Source of the DNA: Candidatus Limnocylindrales bacterium
Lineage (GTDB): Bacteria; Verrucomicrobiota; Verrucomicrobiia; Limisphaerales; UBA11358
NCBI GenBank assembly: GCA_035604955.1
Contig: DATNHM010000027.1
Location: 2,202-66,201 of the forward strand
DNA length: 64,000 nt
Direction of reading: 5' to 3'
The notes under the pieces were generated by a model. It was not told the DNA's origin and searched no databases. It saw nothing but the letters and a program-made list of their open reading frames with translations. A program made the translations under genes and the position numbers. Positions 28,512 to 36,499 of this stretch are shown here, piece after piece. Position 1 is the first letter of the stretch. Each line of letters begins with the position of its first letter.

Positions 28512-29141
28512 ATGCTCCAAAGCGAATTGATCCCGGCCCGGGAAAGAAATTCCCGCCGGTTGATGGTGATGCTGCATGGTCTGGGCGACAGCATTGAAGG
28601 TTACCGCTGGCTGCCGGAGGCCATGAATCTGCCGTGGCTGAACTATTTGCTCGTCAACGCGCCATTTGATTACTACGGCGGTTATGCGTGGTTTGATTTG
28701 AATGACATCGGGCCCGGCGTGCAGCGCAGCCGGAAACTGCTTTTTGAACTGCTCGACGATTTGCACGTCCGCGGATTTCCGCCGGAACAAATCACCTTCG
28801 GTGGTTTTTCCCAGGGCTCTTTGATGGCCATTGACGTCGGATTGCGTTATCCGCACCGGTTCGCGGGGATCATCGGCATCAGCGGCTGGGTCAATGAGCC
28901 GGAGAAATTGTTGCAGGAACTTCCGCCGGTGGCCCGTCAACAACGGCTGCTGATGACGCACGGTACCGGCGACCCGCTGCTGCCCATTGACCAGGTCCGC
29001 CCGCAAATTCCGCTGCTCAAAGCCGCCGGCATTAGGGTGGAATGGCGAGAATTTGCAAAGGTCCACACGATGATTGAAGAGGAAATTGTGCTGATTCGGG
29101 ACTTTGTGAGCGCCGGGTACGAAAAAGGATTGGTGGATTGA
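28512..29141 (+). CDS. alpha/beta hydrolase (phospholipase/carboxylesterase family)
   Basis: Has HGLGDS, the nucleophile elbow GFSQGS, and the C-terminal HGTGDP and H motif. Confidence 0.85.
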   Translation: MLQSELIPARERNSRRLMVMLHGLGDSIEGYRWLPEAMNLPWLNYLLVNAPFDYYGGYAWFDLNDIGPGVQRSRKLLFELLDDLHVRGFPPEQITFGGFSQGSLMAIDVGLRYPHRFAGIIGISGWVNEPEKLLQELPPVARQQRLLMTHGTGDPLLPIDQVRPQIPLLKAAGIRVEWREFAKVHTMIEEEIVLIRDFVSAGYEKGLVD

Positions 29142-29195
29142 TGGATGAATGGATTGACGGGATGAATCATCAATCCAACCATCCCATCATCCAAC
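29127..29195. repeat. heptamer-periodic hairpin spanning two convergent stop codons
   Basis: 7-nt units are ggattgg tggattg atggatg aatggat. ggattgatg (29135-29143) pairs with catcaatcc (29168-29176), with imperfect extension. Confidence 0.65.
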
Positions 29196-29393
29196 TTTTA
29201 TCTCGCGGCGGGCGCCGGGAATCCAGATTTGTTCCGGGCGCGGTTGACTGGCGGCTTCCCAATCCATGGCGTGGCTTACGAGGTTTCGCATCTGGGTGAA
29301 CCACCAGTCGGCGCGGGTGCGCCGGTTCTGCGTTGCGGGATTTAAGAGGACTTTGCCACCATTGATGCCAAGTTCGAGTTGTTCGTTGTTCAT
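29187..29393 (-). CDS. small conserved-looking hypothetical protein (68 aa)
   Basis: The RRTRADWWFTQMRNLVSHAMDW...RPEQ pattern resembles small hypothetical proteins I recall from PVC genomes. No function is known. Confidence 0.45.
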   Translation of the reverse strand: MNNEQLELGINGGKVLLNPATQNRRTRADWWFTQMRNLVSHAMDWEAASQPRPEQIWIPGARREIKVG

Positions 29394-29685
29394 ATTTAGC
29401 CTTTCATTTTTGCGACATCATAACGGGTGGGGTTGGACAAACGCTGTCCAAGCCGAAAGAAAAACGGGAGTATGTACTTAACGCAAATTAACAGAATTGA
29501 CGGTTTTTGGGCATTTGGTGATGCTCCTCCCGATTGTGGTTAATGAACTTCCAGTATCCGCCAAGCCGCCAGAAAGAAAGCCTGGGCATTTTGAACGATT
29601 TTTGTCCAGCTTACTTGATATTGTCTCAGAACGCATTCCCGGTGCTAAGCAGGCTATTGAATTTATTAAAGGAGGGGTTAAAGAA

Positions 29686-30273
29686 ATGACACGGACGGGC
29701 TGGAGTTTTCTGGCCCTCTGCATTTTGATAATTGCGGTTCCGAGCGCGGTTATCTTTTACTATCTGGGTTGGCATCACGGGTGGACGGCTTATGAAAATT
29801 TTACTGGTGATGCATTGGCTAAGGAAGTAGTTGTGCTTTCTCCGTCAGAACGCGGGAAAAAATATGAGGAATTGTTCTCTGACAACAAGGGGAATGCCAT
29901 GAATCTGGTAATATATGGCCGGTCAGCTTTCAGGGCTGGAGACTATGATTGGGCTGTTAAGTTTTATGAAGAGTCAGAGCTTCATGTGTGGGATGATGCG
30001 TGTCGGGCAAACTATCCTTTTTATCCGGCGGCATTGGTTTTGTTAAAGCGCCAAGATGAGGGGCACCAGAAGTTCAAACTGATGATACGGTTTATTGACG
30101 AGGATATTTCAAAAAATAGCGGGTATCTTCGCTATCGAGTTGCGTTGGGCGCAATTTCGCAAAACTTGAGTGAGGCAAGAAAATTGATGCCAGATAGCGA
30201 AAAAACATACATAGATACAATCCAAGAAGAAGTTGATCAGCGAATAGCAGAGGTGGAAAAAGGACAAGATTGA
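29686..30273 (+). CDS. single-pass membrane protein, function unknown (low-GC island)
   Basis: A strong SD aggagg (29671-29676) lies 9 nt before the ATG at 29686. TM helix is WSFLALCILIIAVPSAVIFYYLGW. Local GC is clearly below the window average. Confidence 0.6.
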   Translation: MTRTGWSFLALCILIIAVPSAVIFYYLGWHHGWTAYENFTGDALAKEVVVLSPSERGKKYEELFSDNKGNAMNLVIYGRSAFRAGDYDWAVKFYEESELHVWDDACRANYPFYPAALVLLKRQDEGHQKFKLMIRFIDEDISKNSGYLRYRVALGAISQNLSEARKLMPDSEKTYIDTIQEEVDQRIAEVEKGQD

Positions 30274-30299
30274 CTCTTCGATCACTGTTTGTCGCCTGA

Positions 30300-31478
30300 C
30301 TACGGCTTCTTGAGAATCTTCCCGAACTCGCCTTCGACCGGTTCGATTTCAATCCGGCCGCTTTCGTGGGTCACATGGTGCCTGGCTTTCTTTTCCACTT
30401 TCGGCGTACTGGTCAAGGCCGGCAGAGCGGCAGTGGCCGGGACCGATTCGGCCGGCTCGTTATCGGGCGGTTCCGCATTCTGGCCGGGGATGAAAAAGTT
30501 GCCCCGGGTTTCCAGCCACTTGGCGTAGCGCTGGAAGGTCCACATGCCGTGGTCGGCGCCGGTTTCGATGGCCGTAATGACTTTAAAAAATTCGCGAGTG
30601 CGGATGAAATTTTTCACGGCATGGGTGGCCATCAGAATTTCACATTCGGGCACCAGGATGTTCAAGTCCTGCCGGAACCGGAGCCGTTGCGAAATGACCG
30701 CGACGAGGCAATCGGCCAGTTGCGAGCAGACGGCGCTTTGAATTTCTGCCGGGAATGCTGACGCCACACGCTGGATCGCCTCGGCGCAGGTCGAGGAATG
30801 CACCGTGGCCAGGACAAGATGACCGGTCTCCGACGCGCTCAAAGTCAAACGCATCGTTTCCGGGTCGCGCATTTCGCCGACCATTAGCACGTCCGGGTCT
30901 TCCCGCAAGGCGTCCAGCAAGGCCTGCTCGAAACTCGGCGTGTCGCGTCCGACTTCGCGCTGGCGGATGTAGGCGCGGCGCGGGCGGAAAGTGTATTCAA
31001 TAGGGTTTTCCACTGTGACGATATGCCGGGCATCAGCGAGATTGATTTCCTGAATCAAGGCCGCAAGTGTCGAGGATTTGCCGCTGCCGGTCGGACCACA
31101 AATCAGAATCAGGCCGTGGGTATTTTTGACGAGTTTTTTCAGGTCCGGCAGCAGGTTGAGTTTTTCCACCGTGGCCTGAAACGCCGCGAGCAGGCGGATG
31201 GCCAGGCCGACGCCACGCGAAGATTGCAGCACATTAATCCGGCAGCGGACGCCGCGAATCGTTTTGGACAGGTCATACGAGCGCCGCTCCAGGAAGGCCG
31301 GCCATTGGCCTTCGCCGATGAGCGTCCGGGCCATGTCCAGCAGGGCTTTCGGCGCAATCGGTTCGCCGGCCACCCGCAAGGCGCCGCGGATGCGCAATGC
31401 CGCGGGCATCCCGGCTTCCAGATGGAGGTCGCTGGCGCCGTTGGCCGCCGCCGATTCAATCAATGATTCCAATTCCAT
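30300..31478 (-). CDS. pilT: type IV pilus retraction ATPase PilT/PilU family, with a roughly 50-aa C-terminal extension
   Basis: Walker A is GPTGSGKSST, Walker B is VLMVGEMRD, and the His box is GHLVLATVHS. Confidence 0.88.
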   Translation of the reverse strand: MELESLIESAAANGASDLHLEAGMPAALRIRGALRVAGEPIAPKALLDMARTLIGEGQWPAFLERRSYDLSKTIRGVRCRINVLQSSRGVGLAIRLLAAFQATVEKLNLLPDLKKLVKNTHGLILICGPTGSGKSSTLAALIQEINLADARHIVTVENPIEYTFRPRRAYIRQREVGRDTPSFEQALLDALREDPDVLMVGEMRDPETMRLTLSASETGHLVLATVHSSTCAEAIQRVASAFPAEIQSAVCSQLADCLVAVISQRLRFRQDLNILVPECEILMATHAVKNFIRTREFFKVITAIETGADHGMWTFQRYAKWLETRGNFFIPGQNAEPPDNEPAESVPATAALPALTSTPKVEKKARHHVTHESGRIEIEPVEGEFGKILKKP

Positions 31479-31523
31479 GCGATTTCAGCCTGTCTAAAGC
31501 AACACTTGGGCCAATGAAAAGTT

Positions 31524-32291
31524 TTAAGATTTGATGAGGGAATTTTTCCAGGCGGCCACGGCGGCCTTGATTTCCGCTGCACAATTGGCCCGTGGTTTGA
31601 CGAAACGCGGCGTGAACCACGGAAACATGCCAATCAAATCCGGCGTCACCAGAATCTGCCCATCGCAGTCAGGGCCGCTGCCGATGCCGATGGTTGGAAT
31701 CGGATGGGCTTTGGTCAATTTCTGTGCCACCGGTGGCGTTACCAGTTCCAAAACAATGGCGAACGCACCCGCGTCTGCCAGCGCCTGCGCGTCCTCGAGC
31801 AAAGCCTGTTGTTCCGTTTCTATTTTGCCTTTGACATGATAACCGCCTTCTTCGACCACGTGTTGCGGCAACATGCCCAGGTGTCCGCAAAATGGAATTC
31901 CGGCGGCAATAATCGCGCGAACGGGTTCAAGGATTCCGCGTCCGCCTTCGGCCTTCACGAATTCCGCACCGGCGGCAACGAGGCGCTTTGAATTCCCGAC
32001 CGCCTGTTCGGGCGTCTCGTAGCTTTTGAATGGCAAGTCTGCGCCGAGCAAGGCCTTTGGCTTGGCGCGGGCGGCGGCACGCACGTGATGCTCCATTTCG
32101 GCCATCGTCACGTGCGTGGTGTCCGGATGGCCGAGCACGACCATGCCCAGCGAATCGCCGACATGAATGAGCGGAATGCCCGCTTCATCGAGCAGTTTCG
32201 TCAGGGGGAAATCATACGCCGTCAGCGCGGCAATTTTCTCGCCGCGGCTTTTCATCGCGCGAATCGTTTCGACGGTGATTTTGGAATTCAT
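31524..32291 (-). CDS. panB: 3-methyl-2-oxobutanoate hydroxymethyltransferase
   Basis: 255 aa. Motifs seen: LTAYDFP, HVGDSLGMVVLGH, VKAEGG. Confidence 0.95.
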   Translation of the reverse strand: MNSKITVETIRAMKSRGEKIAALTAYDFPLTKLLDEAGIPLIHVGDSLGMVVLGHPDTTHVTMAEMEHHVRAAARAKPKALLGADLPFKSYETPEQAVGNSKRLVAAGAEFVKAEGGRGILEPVRAIIAAGIPFCGHLGMLPQHVVEEGGYHVKGKIETEQQALLEDAQALADAGAFAIVLELVTPPVAQKLTKAHPIPTIGIGSGPDCDGQILVTPDLIGMFPWFTPRFVKPRANCAAEIKAAVAAWKNSLIKS

Positions 32292-32298
32292 TGGCTGT

Positions 32299-32350
32299 GG
32301 TAGGGTCGGCGCGCTGCGCCGACCGGACGCCGCAACGCGGCGTCGCTACC
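32299..32350. repeat. GGTAG...CTACC-bracketed double hairpin (copy F) filling the rfaE-panB spacer
   Basis: ggtcggcgc-gct-gcgccgacc (32304-32324) and gacgccgc-aac-gcggcgtc (32326-32344). Confidence 0.8.
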
Positions 32351-33365
32351 GGTTAAAACTTTTCAGCAATTCCGCCGGCGAGGTTGTGGCGGTGCCGACC
32401 TTGCCGACGACGATACCCGCGGCGTGGTTCGACAGGATTGCCGCCTCCAGCGGCGACGCACCGGCGGCAATTCCCAGCGTAAACGTGGCGATGACGGTGT
32501 CACCGGCGCCGGAAACATCGAACACTTCCTGAGCGACGGTGGGGATGTGGAACGGCTTCTGGCCGCGCTGGCAAAGCAACATGCCCAGTTCGCCGAGCGT
32601 GATCAGGAGAACCGCCGGGCGCAGTTCGTTGAGCAAACGTTCGGCGGCGAGCATGAGATTGTTGTCGGCGAGCGGATTTGGGCAGCGCGTTTCGTCCGGC
32701 AGATTCGCCAGTTCAAAGGTTTCCTTGCGATTGGGCGTGATCAGCGAAAGGCCGGTCAGGTTCAAATGGTGAACCGGCTTGGGATCGAAGCTCAACCAGA
32801 CGCCGCGCGCGCGGCAAAGCGATTTGAGTTCATTCAGCAACGGCTGGGTGATGACGCCTTTGCCGTAATCGCCGACAATCACGGCGTCGGCTTTCGGGAG
32901 TTTTGATTTTATTTCCGCCAACAGGCGCCCGGTCAGGCGAGCATCCAGACCGTCGCGGGTTTCGCGGTCAATGCGGACGACCTGTTGCTGGTGGGCGACG
33001 ATGCGGGTCTTGACGCTGGTATGACGCGCGGCATTGGCGAGCAGGCCGCCACAGTGGATATTTTGACCGCAGAGGAGTTCTTTCAAATGCCGGCCGTTTT
33101 CATCATGGCCAATCATGCCGAAAAGTTCCGTGGGCACGTCGAGCGCGGTCAGATTGCGGGCGACGTTGGCCGCGCCGCCGGGCATGAAGCTTTCGCGTTC
33201 GAACTCCACGACGGGTACCGGCGCCTCCGGCGAAATGCGCGACACGCCGCCCCAAATGAAATGGTCGAGCATGACGTCGCCGACGACCAGGACGCGGGCC
33301 CGGCGCGCGGCGGCCAGCAGTTTCCGGACGCGCTCAACCGATAAAATGGTATAGTTCACGACCAT
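32346..33365 (-). CDS. D-glycero-beta-D-manno-heptose-7-phosphate kinase (RfaE domain I, PfkB family)
   Basis: 339 aa. Motifs seen: VLVVGDVMLDHFIWG...ISPEAPVPVV and DVSGAGDTVIA. Confidence 0.88.
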   Translation of the reverse strand: MVVNYTILSVERVRKLLAAARRARVLVVGDVMLDHFIWGGVSRISPEAPVPVVEFERESFMPGGAANVARNLTALDVPTELFGMIGHDENGRHLKELLCGQNIHCGGLLANAARHTSVKTRIVAHQQQVVRIDRETRDGLDARLTGRLLAEIKSKLPKADAVIVGDYGKGVITQPLLNELKSLCRARGVWLSFDPKPVHHLNLTGLSLITPNRKETFELANLPDETRCPNPLADNNLMLAAERLLNELRPAVLLITLGELGMLLCQRGQKPFHIPTVAQEVFDVSGAGDTVIATFTLGIAAGASPLEAAILSNHAAGIVVGKVGTATTSPAELLKSFNR

Positions 33366-33430
33366 CTTTTAACCCGTATTGGCCGGCGAAGGAAACAAAG
33401 AATTGAGGCCCGGCGGGCGGTAACAAATTT

Positions 33431-33460
33431 CCGCGCCCCAGGTCACAAATCGGGGCGCGG
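33431..33460 (-). terminator. GC-rich hairpin downstream of the OMP gene
   Basis: ccgcgcccc (33431-33439) pairs with ggggcgcgg (33452-33460) around a 12-nt loop. The U-tract on the minus strand is weak. Confidence 0.35.
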
Positions 33461-33485
33461 AGGCGCGATCTGATTGTGAGCGGGG

Positions 33486-34280
33486 TTAGAACGTCCAGGT
33501 AAAACTAACGGCGAGGGAATGAGTAAAAAAACCACCCTCTTTGACATGGTCGGGGATTTCGCTGAGGAACCACTTTGGGTCTGACATGCCAAAGAATTGA
33601 TAGCCGACATCAACGGAAGCGTTCCGGGACAACTTGTATTCCACGCCAACTTCCGCCTGATAGGCAAATACGAAGGTGTAATCACTCACGGTGGTGGGCG
33701 CCAGCCCACCGGTGTCAAACGAGATGATGGCCGCTGCTCCGCCCGCGCCGACTCCGACATAGGGAGACCAAGGACCTTTGGTTCGGAACTTATAAACCAC
33801 GTTTGCCAGAAATGGAACGGTATAGGTATCCAGACTCTGGCCAATGGAGCTCAATGAAGTGCCGCCAACTTTGTCCATGGAATTCCAAAGTACTCCTGTA
33901 TCAAGTTCCACCGCCAGTGACTCGTTGATGTCGTAACCCAAAGCAATATCCCCCTTCAGCCCTAGATTAAATGTCGCAGTTTGGGAAGGCATGGTTGATT
34001 GATACAAAGTCGTGTCCTGCTGGTATAAGCCGCCGACATTCAGGCGGGCGTATAGATTTTGCAGCGAGAAGAACGACGAGTTTCCTTCCGGGTCTTGTGC
34101 ATTTTGCGTCCAACCCTGGGAGCGCGGTGTCTGACTTTGGGGACTCGGTGTCTGAGCCGGGGAGCTGGGCAGCGTCCAGACGGTTGAACCTTGCGAACCT
34201 TTGGTCCAATCCTGTGCGGCTCCCGCAACGGCGGACACGACGAGAACGACAACGATGCTTGCGATTGAACGAATGTTCAT
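33486..34280 (-). CDS. outer-membrane beta-barrel protein
   Basis: Signal peptide MNIRSIASIVVVLVVSAVAGAA. Alternating beta-strand pattern and a C-terminal ...SFTWTF. Confidence 0.75.
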   Translation of the reverse strand: MNIRSIASIVVVLVVSAVAGAAQDWTKGSQGSTVWTLPSSPAQTPSPQSQTPRSQGWTQNAQDPEGNSSFFSLQNLYARLNVGGLYQQDTTLYQSTMPSQTATFNLGLKGDIALGYDINESLAVELDTGVLWNSMDKVGGTSLSSIGQSLDTYTVPFLANVVYKFRTKGPWSPYVGVGAGGAAAIISFDTGGLAPTTVSDYTFVFAYQAEVGVEYKLSRNASVDVGYQFFGMSDPKWFLSEIPDHVKEGGFFTHSLAVSFTWTF

Positions 34281-34524
34281 TTCCGTTTGCGACGAATAGC
34301 AACTCTAATGCCACGGCGCCCATCAGCGAATGTTCCTGAGCAGCCCGCATCCGGAAAAATCCGGTACGGAATTCGGGAATATGCGCTGGGAAAGGGCAAT
34401 CTGGTAACGGCCTGATTGCCACGGCACAAGATCGCTCGCTCCTGCAGGACCATCCACCCGGTGCCTAAAATTCTGTTTAGCTGTCCTGTAAAATTTTCCC
34501 GGTTTCGATCCCGCGATTGCCCGT

Positions 34525-35304
34525 CTAATCCAGAAACGCGGTCAGCGGACTCGTGGCGCTGGCGGTTTCCTGTTGCGCGGCGAGGCCGGTTTCGTAGGCG
34601 GCGCGGCCGGCTTCGACCGCGGCTTTGAAGGCCACCGCCATCCGGTTCGGGTCGCTCGATACTGCGATGGCCGTGTTGACGAGCACGGCGTCCGCGCCCA
34701 TTTCCATCGCTTCCGCCGCGTGGCTCGGCGCGCCGAGACCGGCGTCCACAACCACCGGCACCGTGGCCTGCTCGATGATGATGCGGATTTGGTCGCGCGT
34801 CTGGATACCGCGATTCGAACCGATGGGCGAACCGAGCGGCATGACTGTCGCGCAACCGGCATCCTGCAACCGCTTGGCCAGCACCGGGTCGGCGTTGATG
34901 TAAGGCAGGACGGTGAATCCTTCCTTCACCAGCATTTCGGCGGCCTTGAAGGTTTCCACCGGGTCGGGCAACAGGTAACGCGGGTCGGGATGGATTTCGA
35001 GTTTGATCCATTTCGGCAGTCCCGCGGCGGCGGCCAGGCGCGCGAGCCGGACCGCTTCCTCGGCGTTCATCGCGCCGCTGGTGTTGGGCAGCAGCAGATA
35101 TTTTTTCGGGTCAATGAATTCCAGAATGTTCGCGAACGGATCATGCTTGCCGCTCAGGTCAGCGCGGCGCAAGGCAACGGTGACCAATTCCGCGCTGCTG
35201 GCGTCGAGCGCGTCGCGCATGGCTTCCGGCGACGAGAATTTTCCCGTGCCCAGAATCAGGCGCGACCGGAAACTTCTGCCCGCGATGGTCAATGGCCGAG
35301 TCAT
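34525..35304 (-). CDS. thiG: thiazole synthase
   Basis: 259 aa. Motifs seen: [14 protein letters not shown] (Schiff-base Lys), [21 protein letters not shown]. Confidence 0.96.
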   Translation of the reverse strand: MTRPLTIAGRSFRSRLILGTGKFSSPEAMRDALDASSAELVTVALRRADLSGKHDPFANILEFIDPKKYLLLPNTSGAMNAEEAVRLARLAAAAGLPKWIKLEIHPDPRYLLPDPVETFKAAEMLVKEGFTVLPYINADPVLAKRLQDAGCATVMPLGSPIGSNRGIQTRDQIRIIIEQATVPVVVDAGLGAPSHAAEAMEMGADAVLVNTAIAVSSDPNRMAVAFKAAVEAGRAAYETGLAAQQETASATSPLTAFLD

Positions 35305-35308
35305 TTAT

Positions 35309-35343
35309 GATTTACGATTGGTGATTTACGACTGGCGGATTTT
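35309..35343. repeat. heptamer array GATTTAC/GATTGGT immediately upstream of thiG
   Basis: gatttac gattggt gatttac gactggc ggatttt, with a 14-nt super-period. Confidence 0.65.
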
Positions 35344-35417
35344 CAGCCGCGCAAGTCAAACGACATTCCAACAGTTTAAGAAAAAAATGCCACTTGTCGA
35401 GGCGGGAACTGGCTTGG

Positions 35418-35490
35418 GTAGGAGACGACGTAAGGAGTCTCTAACTGAAAATCCGGAATCAAGAATGAGACTCGTAACCTCGTCTCCTAC
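35418..35490. repeat. GTAGG...CCTAC-bracketed double-hairpin element (copy B)
   Basis: gagac-gacgtaagga-gtctc (35422-35441), a 25-nt spacer, then gagac-tcgtaacctc-gtctc (35467-35486). The two arms also pair with each other at 18/21. Confidence 0.85.
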
Positions 35491-35498
35491 AAAACAGT

Positions 35499-36380
35499 TT
35501 ATTTGTGGCCGCCGTGCTGGCTGATCATGTCGGCGGCCTCCTTATACCATTTATCCGATTGAGCGCTGTAACCTTTGCCCACCGTCATTTGCAACGGCGT
35601 CCGGCCGGCGTTATCCTTTGCGTTTACATCCGCTCCATTGGCTAAAAGCAATTCCGTCGTATCCGGGGAACCGTTTAGCGCCGCGGAATGCAAAGGCGTT
35701 TCGCCATTATTTTCTTTCGCGTTCACATCCGCTCCATTGGCCAGCAGCAATTTTATTATGTCCGTGTGTCCCCTGGAGAATGCCGTCAGAAACAAAGGCG
35801 TCTCGCCCTTGTTGTTCCGGGCATTGACATCCAATCCTTTCGCCAGCAGCAATTCCGCCACGCCGGGATGAAAGAACCCTGCCGCAGCGTGTAACGGCGT
35901 ATTGCCATCCTTGTCCCGCACATTTAAATCGGCCCGATGTGCGAGCAACCATTTCACCATGTCCGTTTGACCATTTCTGATTGCCGCCAGCAGAGGCGTC
36001 TCGCCGGATTCGTCCTTGGCGTTGACATCCGCGCCTTTGGCAAAAAGCAGTTCTACAATCTCTTGGTGTCCCCACAGCGCCGCGCCAAGCAAAGGCGTTT
36101 GGCCGCTGTTGTTCGTGGCGCTGACATCGGCATTATTCGCCAGCAAAAATTCCACAACCTCTTTGCGATCGTAGAACGCCGCCAGATACAAAGGAGTGGT
36201 GCCGCGTAAATCCGGTCGGGGTTCCGTGTCCCGGCTGTTCACCAAATCGGAATTGGCTTTGAGCAGCGCCTTGACCTTTGCCAAATCACCACCCGCCGCT
36301 GCGTCATGAATCTCGCCGCAGAAGGCGAGAGTGCTCCAAAGCAATGCGACCAGCGGAACTGCAACAAGCTTCCGGTTCAT
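35499..36380 (-). CDS. secreted ankyrin-repeat protein
   Basis: Trimmed to the ATG at 36378-36380 (MNRKLVAVPLVALLWSTLAFC). About 8 ANK repeats (GxTPLHxAAxxGHxxxVxLLLxxGADVNA). Confidence 0.88.
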   Translation of the reverse strand: MNRKLVAVPLVALLWSTLAFCGEIHDAAAGGDLAKVKALLKANSDLVNSRDTEPRPDLRGTTPLYLAAFYDRKEVVEFLLANNADVSATNNSGQTPLLGAALWGHQEIVELLFAKGADVNAKDESGETPLLAAIRNGQTDMVKWLLAHRADLNVRDKDGNTPLHAAAGFFHPGVAELLLAKGLDVNARNNKGETPLFLTAFSRGHTDIIKLLLANGADVNAKENNGETPLHSAALNGSPDTTELLLANGADVNAKDNAGRTPLQMTVGKGYSAQSDKWYKEAADMISQHGGHK

Positions 36381-36426
36381 GGCTTGTGGGGATAGCCCGT
36401 TTGCGGGACATTGGCAAGCGTGACTT

Positions 36427-36495
36427 GTAGCAGCCGACATAAGTCGGCTCTATCTAAAAAATGAGCAGACTCATCCCGCATTGCGGGACTGCTAC
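36427..36495. repeat. GTAGCAG...CTGCTAC-bracketed double hairpin (copy G), with probable terminator function
   Basis: agccgac-ataa-gtcggct (36432-36449) and tcccgca-t-tgcggga (36474-36488). On the minus strand the second hairpin is followed by cattttttag. Confidence 0.75.
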
Positions 36496-36499
36496 TGCT

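Noticed and set aside
35305-35498. TPP riboswitch expected upstream of thiG
   Set aside because: Reading the minus strand, I found no CUGAGA / ACCUGAUCUGGAUAAUGCCAGCG-like core. The region is occupied by a heptamer array and a double-hairpin element instead. A covariance-model scan would be decisive.
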